DNA of 64,000 nt, taken from IMG/VR virus record IMGVR_UViG_3300045450_000050, positions 71,343 to 135,342 of that record; one strand, written 5' to 3'. Shown in pieces: positions 44,111 to 52,957 of the stretch. Numbering within the stretch: position 1 is the first letter of the stretch; each line of letters begins with the position of its first letter. Position numbers and translations under genes: made by a program. Under the pieces are notes generated by a model. The model saw only the letters and a list, made by a program, of their open reading frames with translations, was not told the origin of the DNA and searched no databases. Source of the stretch: a virus (taxonomy: Duplodnaviria; Heunggongvirae; Uroviricota; Caudoviricetes).

Positions 44111-44167
44111 TGTTGTGTTGTTGTGCCCGTTATACGCCTGAGCCCCGGGCACAATCCACACTAGCGG

Positions 44168-45739
44168 TCAGAAAATCCAGGATTTCTGCAACTCGTCCTG
44201 GGTGGGCTCCGGGTGCTTGCTGTCCAGCCATGCGTGTGCCTCGTCCACGGACGAGAACGTCTTGCGCGTGCCCGGTCCCGTGAACTCCCAGCCGGTCGAC
44301 ACAGTGCCCAGGAAGACGTTCTCGCCCTCCAGGTAGGCCTGTGCTGCTCCGGCGAGCACACGAGGCTCGTACTGCTTGGGAGCAGTGGTGCTGGGGCGCG
44401 GGTAGCGGCGCTCGAAATACGGCCCTCCGAGGAGAACGGCGTCCTTCAGTCGCACACCGGGGATGCCTGCGAACATGAGGGTCTGCGAGTGTGCACCGTA
44501 CATGACGTGCTTCTCGATGCTGATGCCCGAGATCTCGCCGCCGCCCTCCTGACGCTCCACCTGGAGGTGGTCGCAGTGGGCTCCCGAGCCGACCGGCTTC
44601 AGGATGGGTGCGCCGTAGCCGCCGTAGATGCCGATGCGGCTCAGGGTAGTTCCGGGCTTGGCCGTGACGAAGCGGTGACGGTCATCGCTGGCGATGAGCA
44701 GACCACGAGACACGGGCTCGATCCACTCGATGTCCGACGCCGACTTGCTGTCGTTCGCCGTGACGCGACACATGTTGATCTCACTCCACGCCCACGCGCT
44801 CTTGTGCGAGTTGCGGAACAGCACGGCCTGGCCGATGGCCTCGAAGCCGACGAACGAGATGCCCTGGATCTCCACGAACGAGATGCCCGAATCCAGCTTG
44901 ACGCGACCGTAGCCGTTCAGCGGAGTGATGAGCACGTTCTGCCCGGCGCTGTTCACGCCGTTGAGACCTGCCAGCTCACCCGCACGCGACGAACCTGCAC
45001 CGGCACCGTTGAGCGCGCCGTCTCGAACCTTCAGGTGACGAGCACCCGCGAGGATGGCCTGTCGGATGGCGCTCCACGAGCAGTCCACGATCACCGAGGG
45101 AACCTGTCCCGGACGCGGGGTGTTGGATGGCCAGAAGACGCCGAAACGTCCTCCTGCCGGAACGGGAAGCGTCACGACGGGCGGAGGAGTCGGCGTGGGC
45201 TCAGGAGTCGGTGTGGGAGTCGGTGTGGGCGTCGGTGTGGGCTCGGGAGCCGCACCCTTGGTCACCGCGCTGGATGCCGTGACCGAAGCTGCTCCTGAGG
45301 TTGCGCGCACCGAGAAGGTGACCGCACCGGCAGGAACACCCGCCGTCTTGATGGTGGCCTCGTAGAGAGATCCGGCCTTGGTCAGGGTGGCGACGACCGC
45401 GTCCTGGTACAGCAGGACAACGGTGGGTGCATCCAGGCCCGCCACCGCAGCCGAGACATAGACCGTGTCGGCATCGAACGTAGTTCCCGGCGCAGGCGTC
45501 AGGATCGTCACGCTCGGAGGAGCGGGCTGCGGGTCGGGCACGGGCTCCAGAGTCGGAACCGGCTCAGGGCCCGGCACAGGAGCCTCCAGCTCCGCGATAC
45601 GAGCGCGCAGCTCAGCGATGACGCCCTGATCGGCCGTCACCTTGCTCTGCTCCGCCACCAGTGCGCTCTCCAGTTCCGAGAACTGCTCGTCGTAGTAGTT
45701 CTCGGCACGCTTGCGCGCTTCTGTGTGGTCCAGGGTCAT
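44168..45739 (-). CDS. structural/cell-wall-binding protein with N-terminal coiled coil, Pro/Thr linker and C-terminal beta-helix (pectate-lyase-like) region; possible tailspike/depolymerase
   Basis: 523 aa; TPTPTPTPTPEPTPTPP linker; beta-rich C-terminus; located next to the lysin. Confidence 0.65.
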   Translation of the reverse strand: MTLDHTEARKRAENYYDEQFSELESALVAEQSKVTADQGVIAELRARIAELEAPVPGPEPVPTLEPVPDPQPAPPSVTILTPAPGTTFDADTVYVSAAVAGLDAPTVVLLYQDAVVATLTKAGSLYEATIKTAGVPAGAVTFSVRATSGAASVTASSAVTKGAAPEPTPTPTPTPTPTPEPTPTPPPVVTLPVPAGGRFGVFWPSNTPRPGQVPSVIVDCSWSAIRQAILAGARHLKVRDGALNGAGAGSSRAGELAGLNGVNSAGQNVLITPLNGYGRVKLDSGISFVEIQGISFVGFEAIGQAVLFRNSHKSAWAWSEINMCRVTANDSKSASDIEWIEPVSRGLLIASDDRHRFVTAKPGTTLSRIGIYGGYGAPILKPVGSGAHCDHLQVERQEGGGEISGISIEKHVMYGAHSQTLMFAGIPGVRLKDAVLLGGPYFERRYPRPSTTAPKQYEPRVLAGAAQAYLEGENVFLGTVSTGWEFTGPGTRKTFSSVDEAHAWLDSKHPEPTQDELQKSWIF

Positions 45740-45765
45740 GGCCGTTCCTTCGGCTCGGGTGGTGC

Positions 45766-47862
45766 TCAGGGCAGGTACTTGGAGATCTCTTCGGCGTCCG
45801 AGAGCTGGTTGGCTCGCAGGTTCTTCAGGAACTCTACGGACACGGAGACCGTGTCTGCGGGGACCTCGGGCTCGGGCGTCGTGGTGTCGACGTACTTGGT
45901 CTGGTAGATCACCTTGGCGCGCAGCAGGATCTTGTCCAGATCCATCGATGGCCCGGGGCAGACCGTGCTCGTGGACTTGCCCGCAGGGGTGTCACGGTGA
46001 GGGATCAGTCCCGGCACAGTGATGACGTTCTCGCCGTTGCGCAGCTCGGCCGCGCCCCGCTGAATCGGGAACTGGTAGCGGTGAGCCGCCCAGGCCAGGA
46101 TGTCGGCGATGCGCTCGTGCGAGGCACCGCTGATGCCCCAGTTGGGCTCCGCCGAAGTGTTGCCCGTCTCGATGGTGACGGCCTGGTGATCGATCTGACC
46201 CGTCGTCCACGCGCGGTAGTCGTCGGGGGGAACGATCTCGTCCGCCGAGCCATCCTGGTTGACGTTCCAGTTCGGCGAGACGTTGCGGTCGTTCGCAGCC
46301 ATGAAGCGCTTGCGGGCGCTCTCGGCGCTGCCCGTGTCTGCACGGTGGTGAAGGATCAGGGCCTGGACCTTGCCTGTACGCACCGACTTGTTCGGCGAGA
46401 TGTCGGCCCATGCAGCACCGGGGTACTGAGGGGTCTTCTTGCCGTACGTGGGGTCGGCTGCGGGGTCCTTGGGAGCGTCGGGCAGAGCCACGCCGGGGAA
46501 GCCCTTGGCGTCGGAGGCGGGGCCCCAGACACCGTCAGCGTCGAGGCCGTTCTTCTCCTGCCACTGCGCCACCTTCACCGAGGTGTTGGGGCCGTAGCTG
46601 CCGTCGATCTCCGCGCCGACGAGCTTCTGGATGTCCTCCGTCTTGCGCGTGGTCGCGTTGCGGCCCGTGGTCGGGTAGCTCGACGCGGGGTTGGTGACCG
46701 GGAAGCCCTCGGCGTCGGAGGACTCGCCCCAGATGCCGTCTGCTTCGAGACCGTTCGCTGCCTGCCAGACCTTCACCTTGTCGGTGGTCTCCTGGCCCCA
46801 GATGCCGTCTGCGGTGGCACCCACCAGGCGCTGGATGTCCCAGGTGGAGCGTGTCGTACGGTTGCCACCGACCGAGGCGGGCGGGAACGCCTTGGCGTCC
46901 GCGAGCGGGCCCCAGACACCGTCAGGCTCCAGGCCGTTGTCCTTCTGGAACGCGATGACTGCCGAAGTGGTGGCCTGACCGTAGTCGCCGTCCGCTCCGT
47001 ACTGGCCGAGGTCGTAGCCCTTCGACTTCAGATAGTTCTGGATCTCGGTCGTCGAGCGCGAAGTCGCGTTGCGGCCCACGGGGGCCGCGGTGAGCTTCTG
47101 GTCCATGACGTTGTTCGTCGCGGGACCGGCGATGCCATCTGCGGCAAGACCGTTGGCCGACTGGAAGCGCTTGACTGCCTCCCGAGTGCCACCACCGTCG
47201 AGACCGTCGACTGTGACAGGACCCAGGCCAAGACGGTTGAGCTTGTCCTGGATCGCACGGACCCATGCGCCGCCGTACATGCTGTTCGCAGGGTGCTGCT
47301 CGCGGTGAGCTGCCTCGGTGCCTGCGCCCCACGCGCCGTCCTGCGCCACGCCCAGGATGCCCTGGTAGCGCTTGACCGCTGCCTGAGTGGCAGGGCCGTC
47401 GATGCCGTCTACGGTCAGGCCCGCGCCGAGGTTGTCGTTCAGCCAGTTCTGGGCATCACGAATCGACGGTCCTCCGGAGGCTCCACCGGCAGGCGCACCC
47501 TGGCCACGGAAGTTGTCTTCGGACTCCAGGTACTCGGTGTGCCAGACCTCGGACGCGACCGTGCGACGGTGGCCGTTGCGATTGATCGTGAGCCCACGCC
47601 AACCGGTGCCGTCATACAGACCCAGCAGGCCGTAGACAGCGTAGCCCCAGTCGATGGCGTTGCCGCGCTCGTGGATGGACTGACCGGGCGGAAGCGCGAG
47701 TGGTCCGCCGTTCTTGTACTTGCGGTAGGCCTCAGCCTGCTCGGCGTATGTACGCCCCGCGGAAGCGATGGGGAGGATGCGCCCGAAGGCACTGTCCATC
47801 CGGTGGACAGACGCAGCACAGGCGTCAGATGCCCAGCCACGACCGTGGGAGAGAGTTGCCAT
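45766..47862 (-). CDS. multidomain endolysin: M15 zinc peptidase + 5x PG_binding_1 repeats + N-acetylmuramoyl-L-alanine amidase (Amidase_2)
   Basis: SIHERGNAIDW (M15), five DGxxGxxT..Q..NGLxxDG repeats, C-terminal ILHHRADTGSAE...IETGN; track ORF trimmed at ATG 47862 because its 5' extension overlaps tRNA-Ala. Confidence 0.85.
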   Translation of the reverse strand: MATLSHGRGWASDACAASVHRMDSAFGRILPIASAGRTYAEQAEAYRKYKNGGPLALPPGQSIHERGNAIDWGYAVYGLLGLYDGTGWRGLTINRNGHRRTVASEVWHTEYLESEDNFRGQGAPAGGASGGPSIRDAQNWLNDNLGAGLTVDGIDGPATQAAVKRYQGILGVAQDGAWGAGTEAAHREQHPANSMYGGAWVRAIQDKLNRLGLGPVTVDGLDGGGTREAVKRFQSANGLAADGIAGPATNNVMDQKLTAAPVGRNATSRSTTEIQNYLKSKGYDLGQYGADGDYGQATTSAVIAFQKDNGLEPDGVWGPLADAKAFPPASVGGNRTTRSTWDIQRLVGATADGIWGQETTDKVKVWQAANGLEADGIWGESSDAEGFPVTNPASSYPTTGRNATTRKTEDIQKLVGAEIDGSYGPNTSVKVAQWQEKNGLDADGVWGPASDAKGFPGVALPDAPKDPAADPTYGKKTPQYPGAAWADISPNKSVRTGKVQALILHHRADTGSAESARKRFMAANDRNVSPNWNVNQDGSADEIVPPDDYRAWTTGQIDHQAVTIETGNTSAEPNWGISGASHERIADILAWAAHRYQFPIQRGAAELRNGENVITVPGLIPHRDTPAGKSTSTVCPGPSMDLDKILLRAKVIYQTKYVDTTTPEPEVPADTVSVSVEFLKNLRANQLSDAEEISKYLP
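46300..47300 (-). repeat. five coding repeats of a PG_binding_1 module within the lysin gene
   Basis: ~150-nt periodic repeats visible in both DNA and protein. Confidence 0.7.
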
Positions 47863-47963
47863 GGGTCGGTCCTCCAGGGGACATGCCGAACAAGGGAGTA
47901 TCGGCACAGGGAGTATCGGCCTGGCATGTGAACGTGCGGGTGCTCGATATACGAGACTTGCTG

Positions 47964-48036
47964 TGGAAACGGGGAGACTCGAACTCCCGACATCCTGCTT
48001 GCAAAACAGGCGCTCTACCAACTGAGCTACGCCCCC
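47964..48036 (-). tRNA. tRNA-Ala(UGC)
   Basis: Cloverleaf by eye; G3:U70; anticodon loop UUUGCAA. Confidence 0.75.
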
Positions 48037-48124
48037 ATGGGTGATGCTGAAGTGAGTCACCGATCAGTTCGAGAGTCCGGTTATCTACGAGAGGGCCCCT
48101 CCGGGCGTCCCACTCACTTCTGCG

Positions 48125-48197
48125 TGGCCAGGGCTGGACTTGAACCAGCGACCCCCGTCTTATCAGGACGGTGCTCTACCTGCTGAGCTACATGACC
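48125..48197 (-). tRNA. tRNA-Ile(GAU)
   Basis: Anticodon loop CUGAUAA; one acceptor mismatch. Confidence 0.65.
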
Positions 48198-48198
48198 G

Positions 48199-48278
48199 TG
48201 GAGAGGCAGGCGGGAATCGAACCCGCGTTCTCATCCGCTACAGGTGTCCGGGTTAGAACTCCGGCCTGATACTGCCCC
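48199..48278 (-). tRNA. atypical tRNA-like gene with encoded CCA (possible Arg(UCU)); aberrant D-arm region
   Basis: Canonical T-arm GCGGG-UUCGAUU-CCCGC, 7-bp acceptor stem and CCA; anticodon-like loop GUUCUAA; no standard D-arm. Confidence 0.35.
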
Positions 48279-48293
48279 GTGATTCTGAAATTG

Positions 48294-48363
48294 AAGCGCT
48301 AGCGGGAGTCGAGCCCGCAACCAAGACTTTGCAGGTCCTGTTCGCCTACCCGGTCATAGCGCC
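48294..48363 (-). tRNA. tRNA-Cys(GCA)
   Basis: Anticodon loop CUGCAAA. Confidence 0.6.
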
Positions 48364-48364
48364 G

Positions 48365-48436
48365 TAGGCCCCCCGGGGATCGAACCCGAGACCCCTGGAT
48401 TAAAAGTCCGGTGCTCTGCCACTGAGCTAGAGGCCC
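48365..48436 (-). tRNA. tRNA-Lys(UUU)
   Basis: Anticodon loop CUUUUAA. Confidence 0.7.
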
Positions 48437-48437
48437 G

Positions 48438-48508
48438 CACCGGAAGCTGGATTCGAACCAACGTGAACGGCTCCAAAGGCCGTCGTCCTGCCACTAAACG
48501 ATTCCGGT
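48438..48508 (-). tRNA. tRNA-Gln(UUG)
   Basis: Anticodon loop CUUUGGA; A1:U72. Confidence 0.65.
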
Positions 48509-48512
48509 AAAG

Positions 48513-48584
48513 CACCCCATCCTGGTTACGATCCAAGGACTTCTGCTCCAGAGGCAGACGTGTTGCCGATTACACCAACGGGGT
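48513..48584 (-). tRNA. tRNA-Gln(CUG)
   Basis: Anticodon loop CUCUGGA; T-loop AUCGUAA. Confidence 0.65.
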
Positions 48585-48657
48585 ATAGCTCTTTGTCGCC
48601 AGGTGAGCAATGCCTGGAGGGGACCTATCAACCCCTCGCCAGTCGTGCGCGCAACGT

Positions 48658-48728
48658 GCCCCACGCAGGTATCGAACCCGCGACCTCCAGTTCCGGAAAC
48701 TGGCGCTCTTCCACTGAGCTAGAAGGGC
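48658..48728 (-). tRNA. tRNA-Arg(CCG)
   Basis: Anticodon loop UUCCGGA. Confidence 0.65.
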
Positions 48729-48792
48729 AAAGAAGGTCCGGGGTGCTACGAATGTGGCCGAAGCCTAGTCAATGGATTGTCGAACCTTCTGG

Positions 48793-48864
48793 TGCCCTCG
48801 GCAGGAGTCGAACCTACATCCCTGGTTCCGTAGACCAGTGTCGTGTCCGTTGGACGACGAGGGC
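48793..48864 (-). tRNA. tRNA-Arg(ACG)
   Basis: Anticodon loop CUACGGA. Confidence 0.75.
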
Positions 48865-48928
48865 GTCGATGGTGGGTCATCACCCTGTGTGGGACTCGTC
48901 GTAGGGGCCCCTACCCTCTTATGTTGCG

Positions 48929-49001
48929 CTCCCCGAGCTGGACTCGAACCAACGACCCTGCGGTTAACAGCCGCGCACTCTACCAACTGAGCTATCGGGG
49001 A
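48929..49001 (-). tRNA. tRNA-Asn(GUU)
   Basis: Anticodon loop CUGUUAA. Confidence 0.75.
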
Positions 49002-49096
49002 ATACGATCAGTTCACGCCACGCGACTTCCGAGCCGGAATCGAACCGACTCAGAGGGGGTCTCGAACCCCATTCTGATCAGAGCCACCAGGCTCTT

Positions 49097-49169
49097 GTGG
49101 GCCGTGAGGGACTCGAACCCCCGCGCATCTCCGTGTAAAGGAGCAGCTCTGCCGCTGAGCTAACGGTCC
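49097..49169 (-). tRNA. tRNA-Val(UAC)
   Basis: Anticodon loop UUUACAC; A3-C70 mismatch. Confidence 0.65.
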
Positions 49170-49240
49170 ATGTGTCGCGCTACCCGTCCCCATGGGCCAG
49201 GTCTGCATTCCCTTGATGCGCGACTACCAAGGTTCCAGCG

Positions 49241-49314
49241 TGCCGACGACAGGAATCGAACCCGCGTCCTCCTTATTACAAGTAAGGTGCTCGGCCAGCG
49301 TGAGCTACATCGGC
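49241..49314 (-). tRNA. tRNA-Thr(UGU)
   Basis: Anticodon loop CUUGUAA. Confidence 0.7.
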
Positions 49315-49379
49315 GTGCGAGGCGGCATGATTTGTGACCTTTGCGCTTCTCTCCGGGACGGTCAGGCGGAGACCTCTTG

Positions 49380-49494
49380 TGTGCGTGACAGACGGGGAGC
49401 GAGTCCTGGGGTGCCCACCAATCGGGCGTATGACCTAGCGGCCACAGGTGGAGTCGAACCATCGATAACCAGAAGCTCTTCAGCCTGTCGTGCG
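49380..49494 (-). ncRNA. Y-RNA-like ncRNA with permuted tRNA-like domain (module 6) inside the tRNA cluster
   Basis: 5' GACAGGCUGAAGAGCUUCUGGUUAUCG matches the rsr-proximal modules; T-arm GAUGG-UUCGACU-CCACC, acceptor-like UGUGGCC/GGUCAUA closed by GCUA, D-arm GCCC-GAUUGGU-GGGC. Confidence 0.5.
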
Positions 49495-49568
49495 TGCAGT
49501 GAACGGGGTCCGAACCCGTGACCTCCTCGTTGGCAACGAGGTGCTCTGCCAGATTGAGCTACCACTAC
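49495..49568 (-). tRNA. tRNA-Gly(GCC)
   Basis: Anticodon loop UUGCCAA. Confidence 0.7.
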
Positions 49569-49658
49569 GGAGTGTGGGACGGGCTCCAACTTCGCCCTTC
49601 CTGAGGCCCACACGGCCCCAACGGATTTCGGATCGCGATCCAGGCATTCCTACCTTCG

Positions 49659-49732
49659 AGAGGTATACGAGACTCGAACTCGTTCTATTCCACTTTGGAA
49701 GAGTGGTGCCGCACCATATCGGCATATACCCC
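49659..49732 (-). tRNA. tRNA-Gly(UCC)
   Basis: Anticodon loop CUUCCAA. Confidence 0.7.
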
Positions 49733-49788
49733 AGAAGAGTCTCGACACCGCTAAACGCAGTCGTCACCACTTGCAATGTCGGACCCCG

Positions 49789-49860
49789 TGCTCCCCCGGA
49801 ATTTCGAAATCCGGACCCTCCGGTTAAGAGCCGGATGCTCTGCCTCTGAGCTAGAGGAGC
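49789..49860 (-). tRNA. tRNA-Lys(CUU)
   Basis: Anticodon loop CUCUUAA. Confidence 0.65.
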
Positions 49861-50050
49861 GTTAGGTGGGGCCCAAGCGAGTGCGCTTACTCGCCCGGCC
49901 CCGGAGATTGTCGGATCTCACCCTGCCACACCATTCAGTGGCCTAAACCTGCCCTGTAACCCAAGGCAGGATTATGGGCCAGACTCTGCGTCTGATGACA
50001 GCCAGGATCTCGCCTGGTCACAAACGTTGGGCTGACGACCCTCGGTGACT

Positions 50051-50084
50051 CGATTAAAGCATGTCACGCGCTAACGCGCAACTC
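50051..50084 (-). promoter_or_regulatory. promoter-like motif copy upstream of the main tRNA cluster
   Basis: CGATTAAAGCATGTCACGCGCTAACGCGCAACTC. Confidence 0.5.
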
Positions 50085-50085
50085 G

Positions 50086-50171
50086 CGGAAGAAGGAGGGC
50101 ACGATCCCCACACCGTTGCCGGTGCCTCCGGTTAGCAACCGGGCTACAGGACCCCCCGTAGATCGTCTTCC
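50086..50171 (-). tRNA. tRNA-Ser(GCU), class II, atypical T-loop
   Basis: Anticodon loop UUGCUAA; variable arm CACCG-GCAA-CGGUG; T-loop AUCGUGC. Confidence 0.5.
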
Positions 50172-50175
50172 ATGG

Positions 50176-50259
50176 CGGAGAGAGGAGGGCACGATCCCCA
50201 CACCTTGCAGTGCTGCACGCTTTCCAAGCGTGAGTCGGGACCTCCCGATCTTCACTCTC
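50176..50259 (-). tRNA. tRNA-Ser(GGA), class II, atypical T-loop
   Basis: Anticodon loop UUGGAAA; shares the GGAGGGCACGAUCCCCACACC segment with the neighbouring Ser tRNA. Confidence 0.5.
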
Positions 50260-50275
50260 CATGCATGAAGACTCG

Positions 50276-50363
50276 GCGGAAGGTGGGAGGGTCGAACTCC
50301 CACGCCCTTTCGAGCAAGCACTTTTCGAGAATGCCGCCGCCGCCAACTATCGGCTGGACCTTC
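50276..50363 (-). tRNA. tRNA-Ser(CGA), class II
   Basis: Anticodon loop CUCGAAA; variable arm closed by GAAA; T-arm GGGAG-UUCGACC-CUCCC. Confidence 0.6.
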
Positions 50364-50574
50364 CGCCAAACCTTCATGCCTCTGTGGAATTAGAAAAGCC
50401 CCGGACTCTTCGAGTCTGGGGCTGTCCGTTGCTCAGCTTTCGCTGGCAGGTCCTATCGCAGGACAGCCCTATGTACCGATGACGGCATTTGCCGTCCCGG
50501 TCTTGGACTGTCGCGAGCTGAGGAACATGTTGATCACCGTACATGCTCCTCAGCTCACGTGCAACTCATCGCGA

Positions 50575-52707
50575 TCAGACCGTGTCCACGGCCAGGACAG
50601 CGAACGCGTTCCAGCGACCTGTGGTGTCGCTGTTGATGCGCGAGAACCCGGCGAAGCCCGTGGCGTTCGTGACACCGGTGTTGGTGATGTTGGTGATTAC
50701 CGTGCCGACATCGGTCGCGCTCGTGGCCTTGACGATGGAGATCGCCGTGCCCTTCATGCGAAGGCCTACCCAGTCGCCTACCGCGAACGTGCCTGCGGGG
50801 GCAGTCGCAATCGACGTAGTTCCGTTCGCCAGGTATGCCGACCCGTCACTGCGAAGGTAGAGCCGGTACTGCGTGGCTCCGGAAGAGGTCACCGTGGAGC
50901 GGCGTGCATCGATGGTGTAGAGCGTCGTCCCGGACGCCGTAGGCATGACAGCGATCTGACCACGTGCCTCGTAGTCGGCCTGGCCCACGGCGAGGAACTG
51001 ACCACCCGTGACTCCGGTCGGGGCGAGGGTGTTGTCGGTGATCTGCCAGGCAGCGGCGTTCTCCTGCCACGAGATTGCCGAACCACCGAACGCGCGGTCG
51101 GTCGCCGAGGAACCGACCGTGGTCGAGTTCGCGCGGTCGAACGAGTCGGAGTACAGCACGTTCATCGACCCGCCGACAGGAGCAGCAGACACCGTGTAGG
51201 CCAGCGTCTTGCTGTTGTTGCCCGTGCTGTTGGTAGCCGTGAACGTGACGTTGCCCGTACCTGCCGTCGTCGGCTTTCCAGAGATGACGCCAGCGCTGGA
51301 GATGGACAGGCCAGCGGGAAGGCCCGACGCGGTCACAGTCGATGTGTCGCCCGTGTACGTGATCGTCTGGGAGAAGTCCACGCCCACGGTCATCGAGTTC
51401 AGGCTGGTCGTGGTGATCGTCGGAGCCGTGCCGGTAGGCGGTGTAGTCGCCGCGCCAGCCGCCACGAGAGCGCCGCCCAGGAAGCTCGTGCGCAGGATGT
51501 CCGCCATGAAGTCATGGCCCTGGTCGTTCATGTGGATCTCGTCGGTGTCGATGTAGTCCCACGGGTCTGCCCCGGCCGCGCCCGTGACGCCCTGGCGGGC
51601 CCAGTCGTCGGAGTTGTCCGTGACCACCACGTTGGTAGCTGCTGCGGCAATCTCCTTCAGGGCGGTGAGGTAGTCCGCCCATGGAGCCACGCGGTTGGTC
51701 AATGCGGCGCTGTCGAAGCGGGGGTAGGTGTGGATCAGGACGTGGACGTGCTGTACGCCGATGGCAGCATCGAGTGCCGCGATCTCGTTCTGGAGGTTGC
51801 TCTTGTACGTGGCCACGGGCACGCCGTTGCCGTAGTCGTTCGCACCGATCATGTGCACGAGCACGCGCGGGTTCAGCGCAGCGATCTGGTTGCGCGTTGT
51901 CGAGCTGATGTACGGCGTGGCACCGTTCTGGTTGCCAGAACGCGAACCAGAGATACCCGCGTTCACACCGAAGATGCCTGCGCCCGAAGGGGCCGACGAC
52001 ACAGCCTGAGCGAGCGTCTGCACGCCCGTCGGGTGCGATCCAGAAGGGAGGGGGTAGGCCGCACGGATGAATGCCATGGTCTTGTTCACGTAGCGGTTCT
52101 CAGCCGCGCTGGCGTTGTTGCCTGCGGTCGACGAAGAGCCCAGCCACACGATGGTGACCGGGGACGAGGTCAGGCGCTTGGACATTGCACCTCGGAAGAT
52201 GCTGATGGCGTCAGCGGTTGTGTCCACCGACCCGCCACCGCTACCAGCAGGCCCGGCTGGTCCCTGGATGCCCTGCGGACCTGTAGCCCCAGTCGCTCCC
52301 GTCGCTCCGGTGTCGCCCTTCGGTCCCGTTGCCCCTGTTGCTCCGGTGTCGCCCTTGGGTCCCTGAGGACCTGTTGCTCCGGTGTCGCCCTTCGGTCCCT
52401 GAGGTCCGACTGTTCCCGACCCGGACCCGGACCCGGCTGGTCCCTGGATGCCCTGTGGTCCCTGGGGTCCTGTCGCTCCGGTGTCCCCCTTGGGTCCTGT
52501 TGCTCCCGTGGCCCCGGCAGCGCCAGTGTCACCCTTCACTCCCTGGGCTCCGGCAGCGCCAGTGTCCCCCTTGGGTCCCTGAACGCCCTGGATGCCCTGA
52601 GGCCCCTGAGGGCCGGTGGCTCCCGTAGCTCCGGTGTCGCCCTTGGGCCCCTGTGGTCCAATCGAACCAGACCCATCACCCGAAACAGGTACGCGTGTAA
52701 AAGGCAT
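50575..52707 (-). CDS. tail fibre/minor tail protein with N-terminal collagen-like Gly-X-Y repeats and SGNH/GDSL-type hydrolase domain
   Basis: 710 aa; ~55 G-X-Y triplets; SGNH blocks [28 protein letters not shown]; beta-rich C-terminus. Confidence 0.85.
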   Translation of the reverse strand: MPFTRVPVSGDGSGSIGPQGPKGDTGATGATGPQGPQGIQGVQGPKGDTGAAGAQGVKGDTGAAGATGATGPKGDTGATGPQGPQGIQGPAGSGSGSGTVGPQGPKGDTGATGPQGPKGDTGATGATGPKGDTGATGATGATGPQGIQGPAGPAGSGGGSVDTTADAISIFRGAMSKRLTSSPVTIVWLGSSSTAGNNASAAENRYVNKTMAFIRAAYPLPSGSHPTGVQTLAQAVSSAPSGAGIFGVNAGISGSRSGNQNGATPYISSTTRNQIAALNPRVLVHMIGANDYGNGVPVATYKSNLQNEIAALDAAIGVQHVHVLIHTYPRFDSAALTNRVAPWADYLTALKEIAAAATNVVVTDNSDDWARQGVTGAAGADPWDYIDTDEIHMNDQGHDFMADILRTSFLGGALVAAGAATTPPTGTAPTITTTSLNSMTVGVDFSQTITYTGDTSTVTASGLPAGLSISSAGVISGKPTTAGTGNVTFTATNSTGNNSKTLAYTVSAAPVGGSMNVLYSDSFDRANSTTVGSSATDRAFGGSAISWQENAAAWQITDNTLAPTGVTGGQFLAVGQADYEARGQIAVMPTASGTTLYTIDARRSTVTSSGATQYRLYLRSDGSAYLANGTTSIATAPAGTFAVGDWVGLRMKGTAISIVKATSATDVGTVITNITNTGVTNATGFAGFSRINSDTTGRWNAFAVLAVDTV
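52170..52650 (-). repeat. collagen-like Gly-X-Y triplet repeats (coding, within the tail fibre gene)
   Basis: Repeated GGxCCxxxxGGxxCC nucleotide periodicity encoding [13 protein letters not shown]. Confidence 0.8.
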
Positions 52708-52711
52708 CTGC

Positions 52712-52954
52712 TTATCCGATCTCGATCACACGGACATCCGTGGCAGCTTGGGTGGAGACGACGTAGATGTCATCGAGTGAGCCCGATGTGGCGAACTCCA
52801 TGATCATCTGAGGCATAAGTTCGAGGCCGGTGTCTGGAGACACCGTGCCCTGAGTATCGATGTAAATCGTTCCCGGCCCTCGGTTTTGAATGACGGGACG
52901 AGCGCGACCACTCGACACGACCTTCTGCGGAGTTGTCCCTACGATCATGCGCAT
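52712..52954 (-). CDS. hypothetical tail-associated protein (80 aa)
   Basis: Track ORF. Confidence 0.65.
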   Translation of the reverse strand: MRMIVGTTPQKVVSSGRARPVIQNRGPGTIYIDTQGTVSPDTGLELMPQMIMEFATSGSLDDIYVVSTQAATDVRVIEIG

Positions 52955-52957
52955 GAG

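Noticed and set aside
45766-48060. Full-length track ORF 45766..48060 as the lysin
   Set aside because: Its first 66 codons overlap tRNA-Ala and the inter-tRNA spacer. The ATG at 47862 gives a sensible N-terminus (MATLSHGRGW...).
48585-48657. Additional tRNAs at 48585-48657, 48729-48792 and 49003-49096
   Set aside because: These contain T-arm-like GGUUCGA segments and hairpins, but I could not assemble a complete cloverleaf. They were left as possible degenerate tRNAs or spacers.
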